Part shown: positions 63,439 through 64,000 of the stretch, piece after piece | How positions within the stretch are numbered: the first letter of the stretch is position 1 | How the letters are laid out: each line of letters opens with the position of its first letter | DNA from: Schmidtea nova | Taxonomy: Eukaryota | NCBI GenBank assembly: GCA_044892505.1 | Contig: CM097883.1 | Span: 202,058,001 to 202,122,000 of the forward strand | Direction of reading: 5' to 3' | DNA length: 64,000 nt | Notes under the pieces: model-generated | Told to the model about the DNA's origin: nothing | Seen by the model: the letters and a program-made list of their open reading frames with translations, nothing else | The model's database searches: none | Translations under genes and position numbers: made by a program

Positions 63439-64000
63439 GTTGGGCCCGCCAAATAGGCTAGAACAACAACAATAAAACGAAAGTTTAAAATAATAATAAA
63501 ATAATAAACATAAAAATAGCAATAAAGAAAAAATTAAAAATAGAAATAAAATAGCAAATAATATTTAATAAATTTCCAGTAAAAGGAAATTTTAAAAATA
63601 AAACGGTAAATAACAGTAAAGGGGGCCTGAAATAAGAAAATTAAGAATTAAATAAATTAATAGTACAAGTAATTGATTAAAATGTAATTGATTAAAAAGT
63701 AATTGATTAAAACCAGGACCACCCAGCAAGAAACCGGAAAAGGAAATAAAATAATGTTTAGATTTAAATAAAATAACAGAACCACTTTGAAGGACGGTCT
63801 GATCCTGATTGGTCAATCTGACCAGCCAGATCAGTATAAATACCGATCCGAAAATCACAACTTAACTATTACTTTTTTAACTTCTACTGTTTAATTTGAG
63901 AAAATTTTGTACTCTGAATTTTTGAAAATTTTTATTGAAGAGGTCACCAATCCGGAACACTAAGAAGTAATTTTTACTTATTTTAAATTTTGTTATGTAC
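63438..64000. mobile_element. LTR-like sequence starting TGTTGGG, interrupting the element B TIR; similar start near 4612
   Basis: tgttgggcccgccaaatagg versus attgggtcagccaaatagg; internal CCAAT and TATAAA. Confidence 0.5.

Overview
AT-rich, intron-containing eukaryotic DNA, probably animal; a flatworm-like host is only a guess from composition and repeat content. It holds one host gene, axonemal dynein light chain 4 (DNAL4; 3 coding exons, minus strand, 5399-21290; not in the ORF track), among hAT, Gypsy, Tc1/IS630 and Penelope-type remnants. The right 60% is a nest of two related Polinton/Maverick (adintovirus-like) elements. The young copy A (41829-57015) has AG...CT ends, ~1 kb TIRs and a 6-bp GATTCA target-site duplication. 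It sits inside an older, decayed copy B (~26200 to at least 63438). Together they give the gene set pPolB, adenain protease, major and minor capsid, integrase-chromodomain, packaging ATPase, PW and PM. Comparing A with B shows several unusual features: a TATA-binding-protein (TBP)-like gene; short spliceosomal introns at the same positions in at least three genes; TIRs built from arrays of EGR, AP-1, E2F and Sox-type motifs; a conserved small MG-start ORF overlapping the integrase; and an in-frame integrase::capsid fusion in A caused by a ~3 kb deletion. Family assignments rest on motif recognition by eye; no database search was run.
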